Shown: piece after piece, positions 56,551 through 64,000 of the stretch
Layout of the letters: every line of letters begins with the position of its first letter
Position numbering within the stretch: the first letter of the stretch is position 1
IMG/VR virus record: IMGVR_UViG_3300037468_000371
Coordinates: 1-64,000 of that record
Strand: one strand, 5' to 3'
DNA length: 64,000 nucleotides
From: a virus
Translations under genes and position numbers: made by a program
Notes under the pieces: generated by a model
What the model was told of the DNA's origin: nothing
Database searches by the model: none
What the model saw: only the letters and a program-made list of their open reading frames with translations

Positions 56551-56841
56551 TCACTGTTCGTTCTCCACCCACTTCATCAGCGACTTGGGGGCGGAGATCG
56601 AGATGATGCCACCGTTGACGGTCTCGACCGTGACGACCGAGCCGTTCTTGCGGCAGTCTTGCAGCACGCGGCACTCACGCCAATCGATCGAGTTCGGCTT
56701 CATGTCGGCCGCCGGGAACGCCACCAGCACTCGGCCCCCGGCCGTGGCTTCCATCAGGGAACGGAGCGAGACCCATCGGCCGTCTTTCGCTTCGATCGTC
56801 ACGCGCTTGCGGCTGTCCTTCTTCTTGCCCTTGTCGGTCAC
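56551..56841 (-). CDS. Hypothetical protein
   Basis: GTGA coupling. Confidence 0.6.
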   Translation of the reverse strand: MTDKGKKKDSRKRVTIEAKDGRWVSLRSLMEATAGGRVLVAFPAADMKPNSIDWRECRVLQDCRKNGSVVTVETVNGGIISISAPKSLMKWVENEQ

Positions 56842-57179
56842 TCTTCATCCTCCTCGGCTGCGTCCGGTCCCATCAGGCTCATCTGCCCATCGTTCGTGGG
56901 CGGCGGGGGCTCTTCGTCGAACTCCGAGAACATCTCTTCGTCTACGACCGTGTTCACCGGATACCCGCGCTCCAGCAGCGCACGGACCGTGTGGACCTGA
57001 CCGGCCGCGAACAGCAGGGCGCGCCGCACGGTCATTCGATCACCCGGGTTGCGCTCGGCCACGCCGATGTTGTGCTCGGCGTTCTCGAGCACGTCCAGGA
57101 TCGTCACGTCAGGGTGCGGCGGCATCGGGGCCGCGACGGCGGTAACTTCCGCGGCCGCGGCGGCTTCCTCGTCACTCAT
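56838..57179 (-). CDS. Hypothetical acidic protein
   Basis: AAGGAG RBS, ATGA coupling. Confidence 0.6.
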   Translation of the reverse strand: MSDEEAAAAAEVTAVAAPMPPHPDVTILDVLENAEHNIGVAERNPGDRMTVRRALLFAAGQVHTVRALLERGYPVNTVVDEEMFSEFDEEPPPPTNDGQMSLMGPDAAEEDEE

Positions 57180-57535
57180 GGCGTCAGCTCCTTGATCCGC
57201 TCGACGTAAGCGACTTCGCGCTGTTCCAGCTCGGCGGCTCGCTCCTGCTCCTCCTTGAGCTCGGCGTTCAGCCACTCGATATCCGACTCGGCCTCGTCCA
57301 GTTTCTTCTCGAGCGCCGCGGCGGCGTTCTCCATCGAGTCGATCGTCATCTGCGAGACACTCCGCGCCGAGGCGACCTCTCGTGCGATCAGATCGTTGAT
57401 GTGCTCCTCGATCTCCTCGGGATCGTCGTTCTCGTACGCTCGCCGCACCAGATCGGCGAACTCCGGGCTCGTCTCGAAGTACTTCGGCTTGTCATCGGCC
57501 ACTTTGGCAGACCTCCCATCTCGCGCCTCGGTCAC
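57176..57535 (-). CDS. Hypothetical coiled-coil protein
   Basis: Coupled; acidic heptads. Confidence 0.65.
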   Translation of the reverse strand: MTEARDGRSAKVADDKPKYFETSPEFADLVRRAYENDDPEEIEEHINDLIAREVASARSVSQMTIDSMENAAAALEKKLDEAESDIEWLNAELKEEQERAAELEQREVAYVERIKELTP

Positions 57536-57801
57536 GGCTTCGCCTCCTCGTAGTGCGGGCAGTCGACGGCCAGCGCGATCAGGGCGCGGAACTGGGCCAA
57601 CGATTCGATCTCGTCGAAGCGGATGCCGTATTCCCCGCGCCGGGCTGCCGGTCCCTTCTTCTTGAACTCATCGAGATTCCACGGAAACAGCGACTTCGCG
57701 CACGCCAAGCTCGCGCCGCAGCCGGGAGTCATCTCCGAGTACCCGGGCTCGCTTGCGTCGAACCCGAAGTGCCGGCAGGTGACACAGAGTCGCGCGCTCA
57801 C
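57532..57801 (-). CDS. Hypothetical Cys-motif protein
   Basis: CVTCRH...C...DCPHY. Confidence 0.6.
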   Translation of the reverse strand: MSARLCVTCRHFGFDASEPGYSEMTPGCGASLACAKSLFPWNLDEFKKKGPAARRGEYGIRFDEIESLAQFRALIALAVDCPHYEEAKP

Positions 57802-58145
57802 GGCTCCACCAGCCCGGTCGCCCGCTCGCTCGGCTTCGGCGCGGGCGTCTCGCCCCGCAGGAACTCCACGTCCACGACCGCGCCGGACTCGATCTCGTCG
57901 AAGTGGGCGAGCAGGTGCTCGTGAGCGGCGCACATCGTGCGGCCCCCGCCCGCGTGGCCGAACGGATCGTACGGCGCATCCTCCAGCCGCAGCAGCAGAA
58001 CGTACTCGCCCTGCTGCCACGGTGTGGAGCCGTAGCCAGCCCGCGCGAGCAGATACGAGTCCATGGGGCACCCTGGCTCCAGCTTCACGGCCAGCGCCGG
58101 GATGAACGTTGCGGCGTCACGGATCTCAACGGTCTTGCAGATCAT
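57798..58145 (-). CDS. Conserved-looking phage hypothetical protein
   Basis: EIRDAATFIPALA...YDPF...RTM...FDEIESGAVVDVEF. Confidence 0.7.
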   Translation of the reverse strand: MICKTVEIRDAATFIPALAVKLEPGCPMDSYLLARAGYGSTPWQQGEYVLLLRLEDAPYDPFGHAGGGRTMCAAHEHLLAHFDEIESGAVVDVEFLRGETPAPKPSERATGLVEP

Positions 58146-58148
58146 CGG

Positions 58149-58577
58149 TCAGCCCTCCTCTTCGCTGCCAGGGATGGACATCTGCGCTTCGGCTTCCGCG
58201 GCGCTCGCTTGCATCTGCTCGATCAGCTTGCGGGTCGAAGCGGCTTCGGCCACGAACTGTGAGATCAGCCGCGACTTCACGGCCGCGATCAGCTCACGCC
58301 ACGCTTGGTCCCGCTGCTGCTTGCCGGCGTCGGAATCTTCCCGGCGCAGATCGTAGTACCGGCCGGCGCAGTACTCGATCTGGCTCTCCCACGGCACTTC
58401 CACGAGCGGGCCGCCACCCTTGACATCGGCGCGGCCGCTCATCGCCTTGATCGCGGCGGTCCGGACTTTCTTCCAGGTCTCGTCGGCCTTGCCGATCTCG
58501 GCCCGAATCAGCGCCTCGGCCCTCTTGGAGAACAGCGCCTCGATCGCGGGCGCGTCCAGCATCGGTTCGTTCGCCAT
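58149..58577 (-). CDS. Hypothetical protein
   Basis: GGAGG RBS. Confidence 0.65.
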   Translation of the reverse strand: MANEPMLDAPAIEALFSKRAEALIRAEIGKADETWKKVRTAAIKAMSGRADVKGGGPLVEVPWESQIEYCAGRYYDLRREDSDAGKQQRDQAWRELIAAVKSRLISQFVAEAASTRKLIEQMQASAAEAEAQMSIPGSEEEG

Positions 58578-58604
58578 TTCTCGCTTCCTCCGTTCTCGTT
58601 CTTG

Positions 58605-58778
58605 CTACTTGATGAACTTCCAGTACAGGTACGATCCGACGGTGAATCCGGCCGCCGTCAACGCGATCCATGCGGCCCGGGGCGGCTCGTGATTCCAGCC
58701 CCACTTGATCGCCACGACGCACCCGAACAGGATCACGTTCGTGGCGATGTACTCGGTTCGCTCAGCCGCGGCGTTCAT
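58605..58778 (-). CDS. Small two-TM membrane protein
   Basis: TGATG coupling; 57 aa; two hydrophobic segments. Confidence 0.55.
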   Translation of the reverse strand: MNAAAERTEYIATNVILFGCVVAIKWGWNHEPPRAAWIALTAAGFTVGSYLYWKFIK

Positions 58779-59002
58779 CAGTCTTCCTTGCCGGGCGTCA
58801 CGTCGAGCATCACGAACACGAGCCCGCCGCCCATCGATACGGCGGCGCAGCTCGCGATGCAGGCGCGCCAGAGTGGCCGCATGTCATCGAACGGGCTCAC
58901 GAGCAAACTCGCCTGCTCGTAGGCGTACTTCAGCAGCAGGTAGATGCAGAAGTAGATGACAGCACTGAGAACCGTGCGCCATCCAGCATCGAGCTTCGTC
59001 AT
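58778..59002 (-). CDS. Small two-TM membrane protein
   Basis: TGATG coupling; MTKLDAGW... Confidence 0.6.
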   Translation of the reverse strand: MTKLDAGWRTVLSAVIYFCIYLLLKYAYEQASLLVSPFDDMRPLWRACIASCAAVSMGGGLVFVMLDVTPGKED

Positions 59003-59358
59003 CAGTGGTCGCCTCCTCCGCCCTTCAGCATGTTCTTGCGCCAGCGGCGCCGCCGTAGCGCATCTTCGAGTCGGGCCGGGTCCATCGCCAGTATCGTTTC
59101 GGCCTCCTCGGCCCGCGCTCGCGCCAGCCGGCCAAGCGCCGGCCCCAGCTCGATCGTTACCCACGTGGCTGCCTCCCGACACTCTAGGGCGTCTTGCTCC
59201 AGGGCGCCCCGCCCGTTGGGGCGGGCAACGATCTCCATGTACTCTTCGAAACAGGCGCGCCTGAACTCGGACATGTTGCCCGAGTAGGCCGATCTGATCC
59301 GAAGCGTTGCGGCGGGTTCGAATGGTTCCATAGTCCCTGCTCCATCCTGTGGCATCAC
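59002..59358 (-). CDS. Hypothetical protein
   Basis: Coupled to the downstream gene; start uncertain (59331 possible). Confidence 0.55.
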   Translation of the reverse strand: MMPQDGAGTMEPFEPAATLRIRSAYSGNMSEFRRACFEEYMEIVARPNGRGALEQDALECREAATWVTIELGPALGRLARARAEEAETILAMDPARLEDALRRRRWRKNMLKGGGGDH

Positions 59359-59373
59359 TGCCGGTCCGCTGCC

Positions 59374-59425
59374 GTCCGAACCGGAACGGGGGCGGCCACG
59401 CGCCGCCCCTCGTTCCGGCCCGGAC
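59374..59425. other. Long intergenic stem-loop
   Basis: GTCCG-aa-CCGGAACG-GGGGCGGC / GCCGCCCC-t-CGTTCCGG-cc-CGGAC. Confidence 0.65.
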
Positions 59426-59440
59426 GCCCTGCGCGTCCTG

Positions 59441-60541
59441 CTAGGCCGCTGCCGCGGCCGAGCCGAGCGAACGCCACGCCGTCGCGGGCAGATCGATCAG
59501 CGCGGCGCCGGCCGTCTCCAGCTCGTACGCCCGATCGTAGTCAGGGGCGTCCTCGGCCGTCCGCGTCACGGCATTGAACAGGCCGTAGCGCGTCAGGTCG
59601 CCGCCGCGGATCAGGTGCCGCAGCACTCCGCCCCTCTCGCCTTCGTTCAGGCCGAGCACGCGGCCGGCCGCTTCGACGACAACGACCGGATCACCGTCGA
59701 TCGGCTCGGCCGCGGTCTTGCCGATCTTCTCCGTCAGGGCGTCGAACCGTGCTCGGTCGAACGCGCCCTTCACCACGTCGCGAACCTTGAGCCACACCGC
59801 CCGATCGTCGGCGCGCCGGGTCTCGTCCGTCAGCAGCGCGGCCACGTCCTCGCCCATGTCGAAGCGGCCGCCGACGTGGTACTTGCGCATGGAGCGCTCG
59901 CTGAACACCGCGAGATTCGTGCAGGCGCGGGTCCACACGGCGGTCTCGACCGCGAGAGCGCCGCATCCGACCTCGCTGTTCCTCAGCACGATCGCCGGGC
60001 TCACGGTGTCGAAGATCGTGTGCGAACCGTCCCCCATCCGTCCCGTGGGGATGTCCTTCTGGATGTCCATCGAGACCGCCTTGAAGTACAGCCGCCGCTC
60101 CGTCACCTCGGAGGAGATCACCTCCAGGTTCAGGTCCGCGAGCACGGGCAGGACCGCCTCGGCGAAGTCGAAGTAGTCGAGCGCCCGGTACTTCGACGAC
60201 AGCCACGCGCGAGCCTTGCCGTCCAGCGTGCGCAGCATCCGCGTCTCCGGGTTCTTCACGAGCCAGGTGTTCACGTTCTTCACGAGCAGCGTCGGATCCT
60301 CGTCGAGCATACGGCGGTAGTAGGCTCGCGGGATCTCCAGGCTACCGGCCAGCTGCTCGTGCGCCAGCTCGTTCAGCCCCACCGAGCCGTTGCCCTTGAT
60401 GGCGAGCTTGATCTTGTTACCGTCGTCGAAGTCCTCGTGCATCTCGATCCCTCGCGCGGTGTCCACGACGTAGTCGCGCTTCGTCTCGCGCTGCCGCTCC
60501 AGCTCCTGCGCCAGCTCCATCAGGCTGCGTCCGGTCTTCAT
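59441..60541 (-). CDS. DUF932-like protein
   Basis: MKTGRSLMELAQEL, MLRTLDGKARAWLSSKY, NSEVG, ACTN, HVG, GLFNAVT. Confidence 0.8.
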   Translation of the reverse strand: MKTGRSLMELAQELERQRETKRDYVVDTARGIEMHEDFDDGNKIKLAIKGNGSVGLNELAHEQLAGSLEIPRAYYRRMLDEDPTLLVKNVNTWLVKNPETRMLRTLDGKARAWLSSKYRALDYFDFAEAVLPVLADLNLEVISSEVTERRLYFKAVSMDIQKDIPTGRMGDGSHTIFDTVSPAIVLRNSEVGCGALAVETAVWTRACTNLAVFSERSMRKYHVGGRFDMGEDVAALLTDETRRADDRAVWLKVRDVVKGAFDRARFDALTEKIGKTAAEPIDGDPVVVVEAAGRVLGLNEGERGGVLRHLIRGGDLTRYGLFNAVTRTAEDAPDYDRAYELETAGAALIDLPATAWRSLGSAAAAA

Positions 60542-60680
60542 GGTTCCCTACCTTTCGTGCCGGCCGGCGGCTCTCGTGTCCGCGCGGCGGCGGTCGACTC
60601 GTGCGGCTTCAGTGCCGCAGAGCACCGAGAGATGCACGGGCGGCTGCCCGTGCATCCTTGCGCTGCCCTGCGACTGCCCC

Positions 60681-60857
60681 CTACTTCCAGGACGCCGGGG
60701 TCACTTTGATGTGATCGGCCTTCGGCGGCCGGGGGTTCCGTTCCTTCAACAGCCGCAAGGCGGCCTGCGCTACCTCGCGGACGTCAGCGTACCTGTACTC
60801 CACGGCGATCGCTGCGAGGTCTTGGATCGTCAGGATCTTTCGGTCGACCTTCATCAT
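60681..60857 (-). CDS. Hypothetical protein
   Basis: ATGA coupling; 58 aa. Confidence 0.5.
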   Translation of the reverse strand: MMKVDRKILTIQDLAAIAVEYRYADVREVAQAALRLLKERNPRPPKADHIKVTPASWK

Positions 60858-61432
60858 CTGCCTTCCCCCTTAGCCTTGATTGCGGCCATCTTCCGTTCGA
60901 TCTCCCGGCGACGGCGCTCCAGCTTCTTCAACGCGGTCTGAGCACGCCGCAGCCGCGTGGTCCATGCCTTAGAGCGCGTCTCGATCGACGTGCGCTCCCG
61001 CTCCATCCGTTCGACCGGCCCGGGCTTCACCCGCTGGGGCTCGGGCCGATGTGCGATACGCCAGCGGTCCTCGGCGGCCCACGCGAATCGCTCGTCGTAG
61101 CCGGACCACCGATACCGCGGTCCCATGTCACGGTGCTCGACTCCGCGGAGGTGCGCGAACTCGTGCGCCAGCACGAACGCCACCATCGGCGCGTTCGCCT
61201 CCTCGGGCTCGCCGGCCGCTGGACGAGGGATGCGGATCACGCACCAGTTGCCCCGCAGGATCGCTCGGCCCGTCACGTACCGTCCGTTTCGGCGGGCTCG
61301 CGGCGGCGGGTACCGCACGTTCACGGTCACCCGCTCCACCTTCGCCGGATCCAGCTCGCCCCTGCGCGCCACGGCCATCGCCAGGCGCCGCAACGCGCGG
61401 GTGTCGAACCGTGTCTCGTTGACGATCTTCAC
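60854..61432 (-). CDS. HExxH zincin (SprT-like) metalloprotease with coiled-coil tail
   Basis: FVLAHEFAHLRGVEH. Confidence 0.7.
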   Translation of the reverse strand: MKIVNETRFDTRALRRLAMAVARRGELDPAKVERVTVNVRYPPPRARRNGRYVTGRAILRGNWCVIRIPRPAAGEPEEANAPMVAFVLAHEFAHLRGVEHRDMGPRYRWSGYDERFAWAAEDRWRIAHRPEPQRVKPGPVERMERERTSIETRSKAWTTRLRRAQTALKKLERRRREIERKMAAIKAKGEGR

Positions 61433-61671
61433 GGCTTCTGGACCCTCCACAGCTTCCTCTCGACTTCGCGGTGCCGGGCGCCCTTGCGATCCTCTAACGT
61501 CAGGTAGCGCACGCCGAACATGATCTCCTCCTTGATCACTCGGCAGATCCATGCCGGGTCGGGCCATCCGGCCACTTCCGTGCCGTCGTAGAAGGTCGGC
61601 GGCTGCTGAGTCACGTGATCACCGACCGCGATCGTCGGCTTCGGCGCTGCCAGCTTCGTCGTCACTGTCAT
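61429..61671 (-). CDS. Hypothetical protein
   Basis: GGAG RBS. Confidence 0.6.
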   Translation of the reverse strand: MTVTTKLAAPKPTIAVGDHVTQQPPTFYDGTEVAGWPDPAWICRVIKEEIMFGVRYLTLEDRKGARHREVERKLWRVQKP

Positions 61672-61684
61672 GTATGCTCCCTCC

Positions 61685-62032
61685 TCAGTCTTCCGGGCTC
61701 TCGTCGCCCAGGTCGTGGATGTCGATCAGGTCCAGGGCCGTCAGGGCTTCCATGCGGCAATGCCGACCGGCGGCGTATCCGCGCACCCAGATCGCGCGCA
61801 GCTCGGCACTCGGCGGGTCCGTGTCGATCTCCGTGATCGGCCGGCCCTGCTCGCCAGCGTGCCAGCCGTGCTCGAAGTAGAACTGCCCTTCGGGCATCGC
61901 GTCCGACGCCGGCATCGGATCATCGTACGCAGCGCCTCTCTCGCGCCGCAGCCGCTTCGCGCGGATCCGCTCGGCGAGCGGCGCCGCGTCCCATCCACCC
62001 TCGATCCAGCGGTCCTGCCTCGTCATGGTCAT
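61685..62032 (-). CDS. Hypothetical protein with Rmf-like motif
   Basis: FEHGWHAGEQG...P...WVRGYAAG. Confidence 0.55.
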   Translation of the reverse strand: MTMTRQDRWIEGGWDAAPLAERIRAKRLRRERGAAYDDPMPASDAMPEGQFYFEHGWHAGEQGRPITEIDTDPPSAELRAIWVRGYAAGRHCRMEALTALDLIDIHDLGDESPED

Positions 62033-62247
62033 GGCCTCGCCTCCATCGCTGCCCTCCAATCATCCACGAGCTGGTCGCAGCTGATCGGTCGGGCAAGGTA
62101 GTAGTCGTAGCATCGATCGCCCATGCCGCGCCAGCGCATCGCGGCGCGCACGTCCGAGACGGTGATGTCGTTGCGGACAGAGAACTGGTCCAGGCCGATC
62201 TTCACGATTCGTCGGCCCGCGCCCGGCCACTCGTCACGAGGGATCAT
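62029..62247 (-). CDS. Hypothetical protein
   Basis: AGGAG RBS. Confidence 0.55.
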   Translation of the reverse strand: MIPRDEWPGAGRRIVKIGLDQFSVRNDITVSDVRAAMRWRGMGDRCYDYYLARPISCDQLVDDWRAAMEARP

Positions 62248-62281
62248 GGTTGCGTTGTCTCCTGTCTGTCTTCCGGCGTGT

Positions 62282-62596
62282 TCACCACTTCGCCCAGCTG
62301 GGCAGTCCGTCGTAGATGCGATCGCAGATCAGCTCGTAGATCTCCGCTGCGCTCACGTTACCCTGCTCGCGCTGCCGGCGCGCGACCGCAAGGTTGCACG
62401 CGTAGTTGGCGAGATCGCCCGTGGCCATCACCGTTCCGGCGCCACCCTGCGGGAACAGCGCGCGGGACAGGCGGCCGCCGGAGTGGCGCGACCAGAACGA
62501 CCACAGCTCGTCGTAGTCGGCCGCGTCCAGGTTCGGCACTTCGACCTGGGGCGGCGGTTTCATCATGCTTGCGGGCTTCGTCTTCACGTTCGTCAC
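62282..62596 (-). CDS. Hypothetical protein
   Basis: GGAGG RBS; YA.N..AR..R..G....A..YE.IC..IY..LP.WA.W pattern. Confidence 0.65.
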   Translation of the reverse strand: MTNVKTKPASMMKPPPQVEVPNLDAADYDELWSFWSRHSGGRLSRALFPQGGAGTVMATGDLANYACNLAVARRQREQGNVSAAEIYELICDRIYDGLPSWAKW

Positions 62597-62925
62597 AGTC
62601 CCTCCAGTCCAGCCTCACCCGGCGTGAAGTACTCGCGCAGTGCCACACGCACCATCGCTCGCCGTTCCGTGCTCGTCAGGCCACCCCATGCCAGAACCGC
62701 GGCGGGGTTCAGGCCGCCGTGGTCTACGATGTAGTCGAGGACCGCCTCACAGGCCATCCAGTACGTCAGCCGGTAGCCGGTCGGCACCAGCGCAGATCGC
62801 AGATCAGCGTCGACCATCTCGTAGGTGTGGCCGATGGCATCCAGGAATTCCGAGCGCGTGGCCCGGTATCCATGAACGTCCAGTTCGCTGTTGCGAACGC
62901 CGCCCTTCGCTGTCTTGCAGATCAC
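62593..62925 (-). CDS. Hypothetical protein
   Basis: GTGA coupling. Confidence 0.6.
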   Translation of the reverse strand: MICKTAKGGVRNSELDVHGYRATRSEFLDAIGHTYEMVDADLRSALVPTGYRLTYWMACEAVLDYIVDHGGLNPAAVLAWGGLTSTERRAMVRVALREYFTPGEAGLEGL

Positions 62926-63119
62926 CGCCCGCGCCTCCGGTTGTACTCGCGCTGGTAGTAGCCACGGGCCGTCTTGATCTTGTCGCGGAGCGCAGTCTTG
63001 TCCAGCATCGACAGCCCGAGGTCGTTGGCCTCGGTCGCGAAGCCGTGTCGCAACAGCAGCCGCTCCAGGAACTCGGCTTCCGTGTCGCTGATCTTCAGGT
63101 TGACATTCGGCAGATTCAC
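62922..63119 (-). CDS. Hypothetical protein
   Basis: GGAGG RBS, coupling. Confidence 0.6.
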   Translation of the reverse strand: MNLPNVNLKISDTEAEFLERLLLRHGFATEANDLGLSMLDKTALRDKIKTARGYYQREYNRRRGR

Positions 63120-63415
63120 TTGTCACCTCCGCTGGGTCGGAAGAATCGGAACTCCCCGTCCACGACCATCACGAATCCGATACGGGTGCGGTCCGGCCGT
63201 GCCGGGATCGTGAAGTAGCTGTCCGGCACGCCGAGCCGAACGCGTCGCAGTCGGCCGTCAGGGAACCGGACCAGACCGCGACGGTTCGACTCGCTTGCAC
63301 TGCCGTACGGTGTGTTGTACGCCAGCTCCTCGGGCTCGATCCACGTCTCGCCAAGCCACGTCACCCGCTCTTCCATGCCGGGGCGTGGCTTCAGGTACTT
63401 CCGCGCGATGCTCAT
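63116..63415 (-). CDS. Hypothetical protein
   Basis: ATGA coupling; GVPDSYFTIPAR. Confidence 0.6.
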   Translation of the reverse strand: MSIARKYLKPRPGMEERVTWLGETWIEPEELAYNTPYGSASESNRRGLVRFPDGRLRRVRLGVPDSYFTIPARPDRTRIGFVMVVDGEFRFFRPSGGDK

Positions 63416-63960
63416 CGCACTTCCTGCCCGTGCCACTTTCGCGTCTTGCCGACGCTGAGCGTCCAGACCATCAGCAGGTTGCCGTGGTCGGACAGCTCGA
63501 ACACGATGTCGCCGGGGCCATCGCTGGCCGCGGCGTCATCGAGCATGTCCGGCGTCACGTTGCCCACCTTTGGGCAAACACACGGGATCTCCTCGCTCGC
63601 CCAGACACCGATGTCCGCGCCGTCACCCGGGTGCGCTCCGACGTAGTGTCCGGGCGGAGCGTACATCGTGAGGATGTCTTCGAGATCGCTCCAGGCTTCC
63701 GACAGCGTCTCGATCGCGTGCTCCTGCTCCTGCTCGTAGGTGTCGGCGTCCCAGACCGAATTCATGGCCGCTGAGACCTCCGCTCCGATCCGACGGACCC
63801 GGTTGCGGTCCGCGCGGCTCATGCTGACCCAGTGTTCTGCTGCGTGCAGAAGATCCGGCACCACGTCCTCGGCCCGGAGCGTTCCGCTCGAGATCGAGCC
63901 GGTCGGCAGCCAGCGCGGTCGCACCCGGCGCTTCGCTCGGATGTTGCGAGTCATGTGCAT
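63412..63960 (-). CDS. Conserved-looking phage hypothetical protein
   Basis: GSISSGTLRAED...APPGHYVGAHPGDGADIGVW...SDHGN. Confidence 0.7.
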   Translation of the reverse strand: MHMTRNIRAKRRVRPRWLPTGSISSGTLRAEDVVPDLLHAAEHWVSMSRADRNRVRRIGAEVSAAMNSVWDADTYEQEQEHAIETLSEAWSDLEDILTMYAPPGHYVGAHPGDGADIGVWASEEIPCVCPKVGNVTPDMLDDAAASDGPGDIVFELSDHGNLLMVWTLSVGKTRKWHGQEVR

Positions 63961-64000
63961 CCCCTTTCTGCTCGGCTTCAGCCGTTGTCCTTCGGGTTGG

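Noticed and set aside
1-64000. Prophage/lysogeny module, tRNA or rRNA genes
   Set aside because: No integrase, repressor, host genes or RNA-gene structures were recognised in the window.

Overview
The window is a high-GC tailed-phage (siphovirus-like) genome segment, possibly most of a genome. Left arm (+): terminase, portal, protease/scaffold, capsid, neck, tail tube, frameshifted tail chaperone, 1818-aa tape measure, tail tip/fibre genes and lysis. Two sugar-modification cassettes (a DegT aminotransferase, five glycosyltransferases and three methyltransferase-like genes in total) sit among the virion genes. The middle block (+, about 36.7-52.7 kb) encodes replication functions (SNF2 and UvrD helicases, SSB-like, VRR-NUC, RepB-like primase, origin-like spacer) interleaved with a thymidine-hypermodification set: dUMP hydroxymethylase, Nmad1/DUF1599-like, P-loop kinase, 5-hmdU DNA kinase, HD hydrolase and amino acid:DNA transferase. 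This set also contains a myo-inositol-1-phosphate synthase and a TAGT/GREB1-like glycosyltransferase in place of the known tailoring enzymes. That combination is the main candidate new system (possible inositol- or sugar-hypermodified DNA). The right arm (-) is an array of small early genes. No integrase, DNA polymerase, tRNA or CRISPR array was recognised. All family calls come from motifs recognised by eye; no searches were run.
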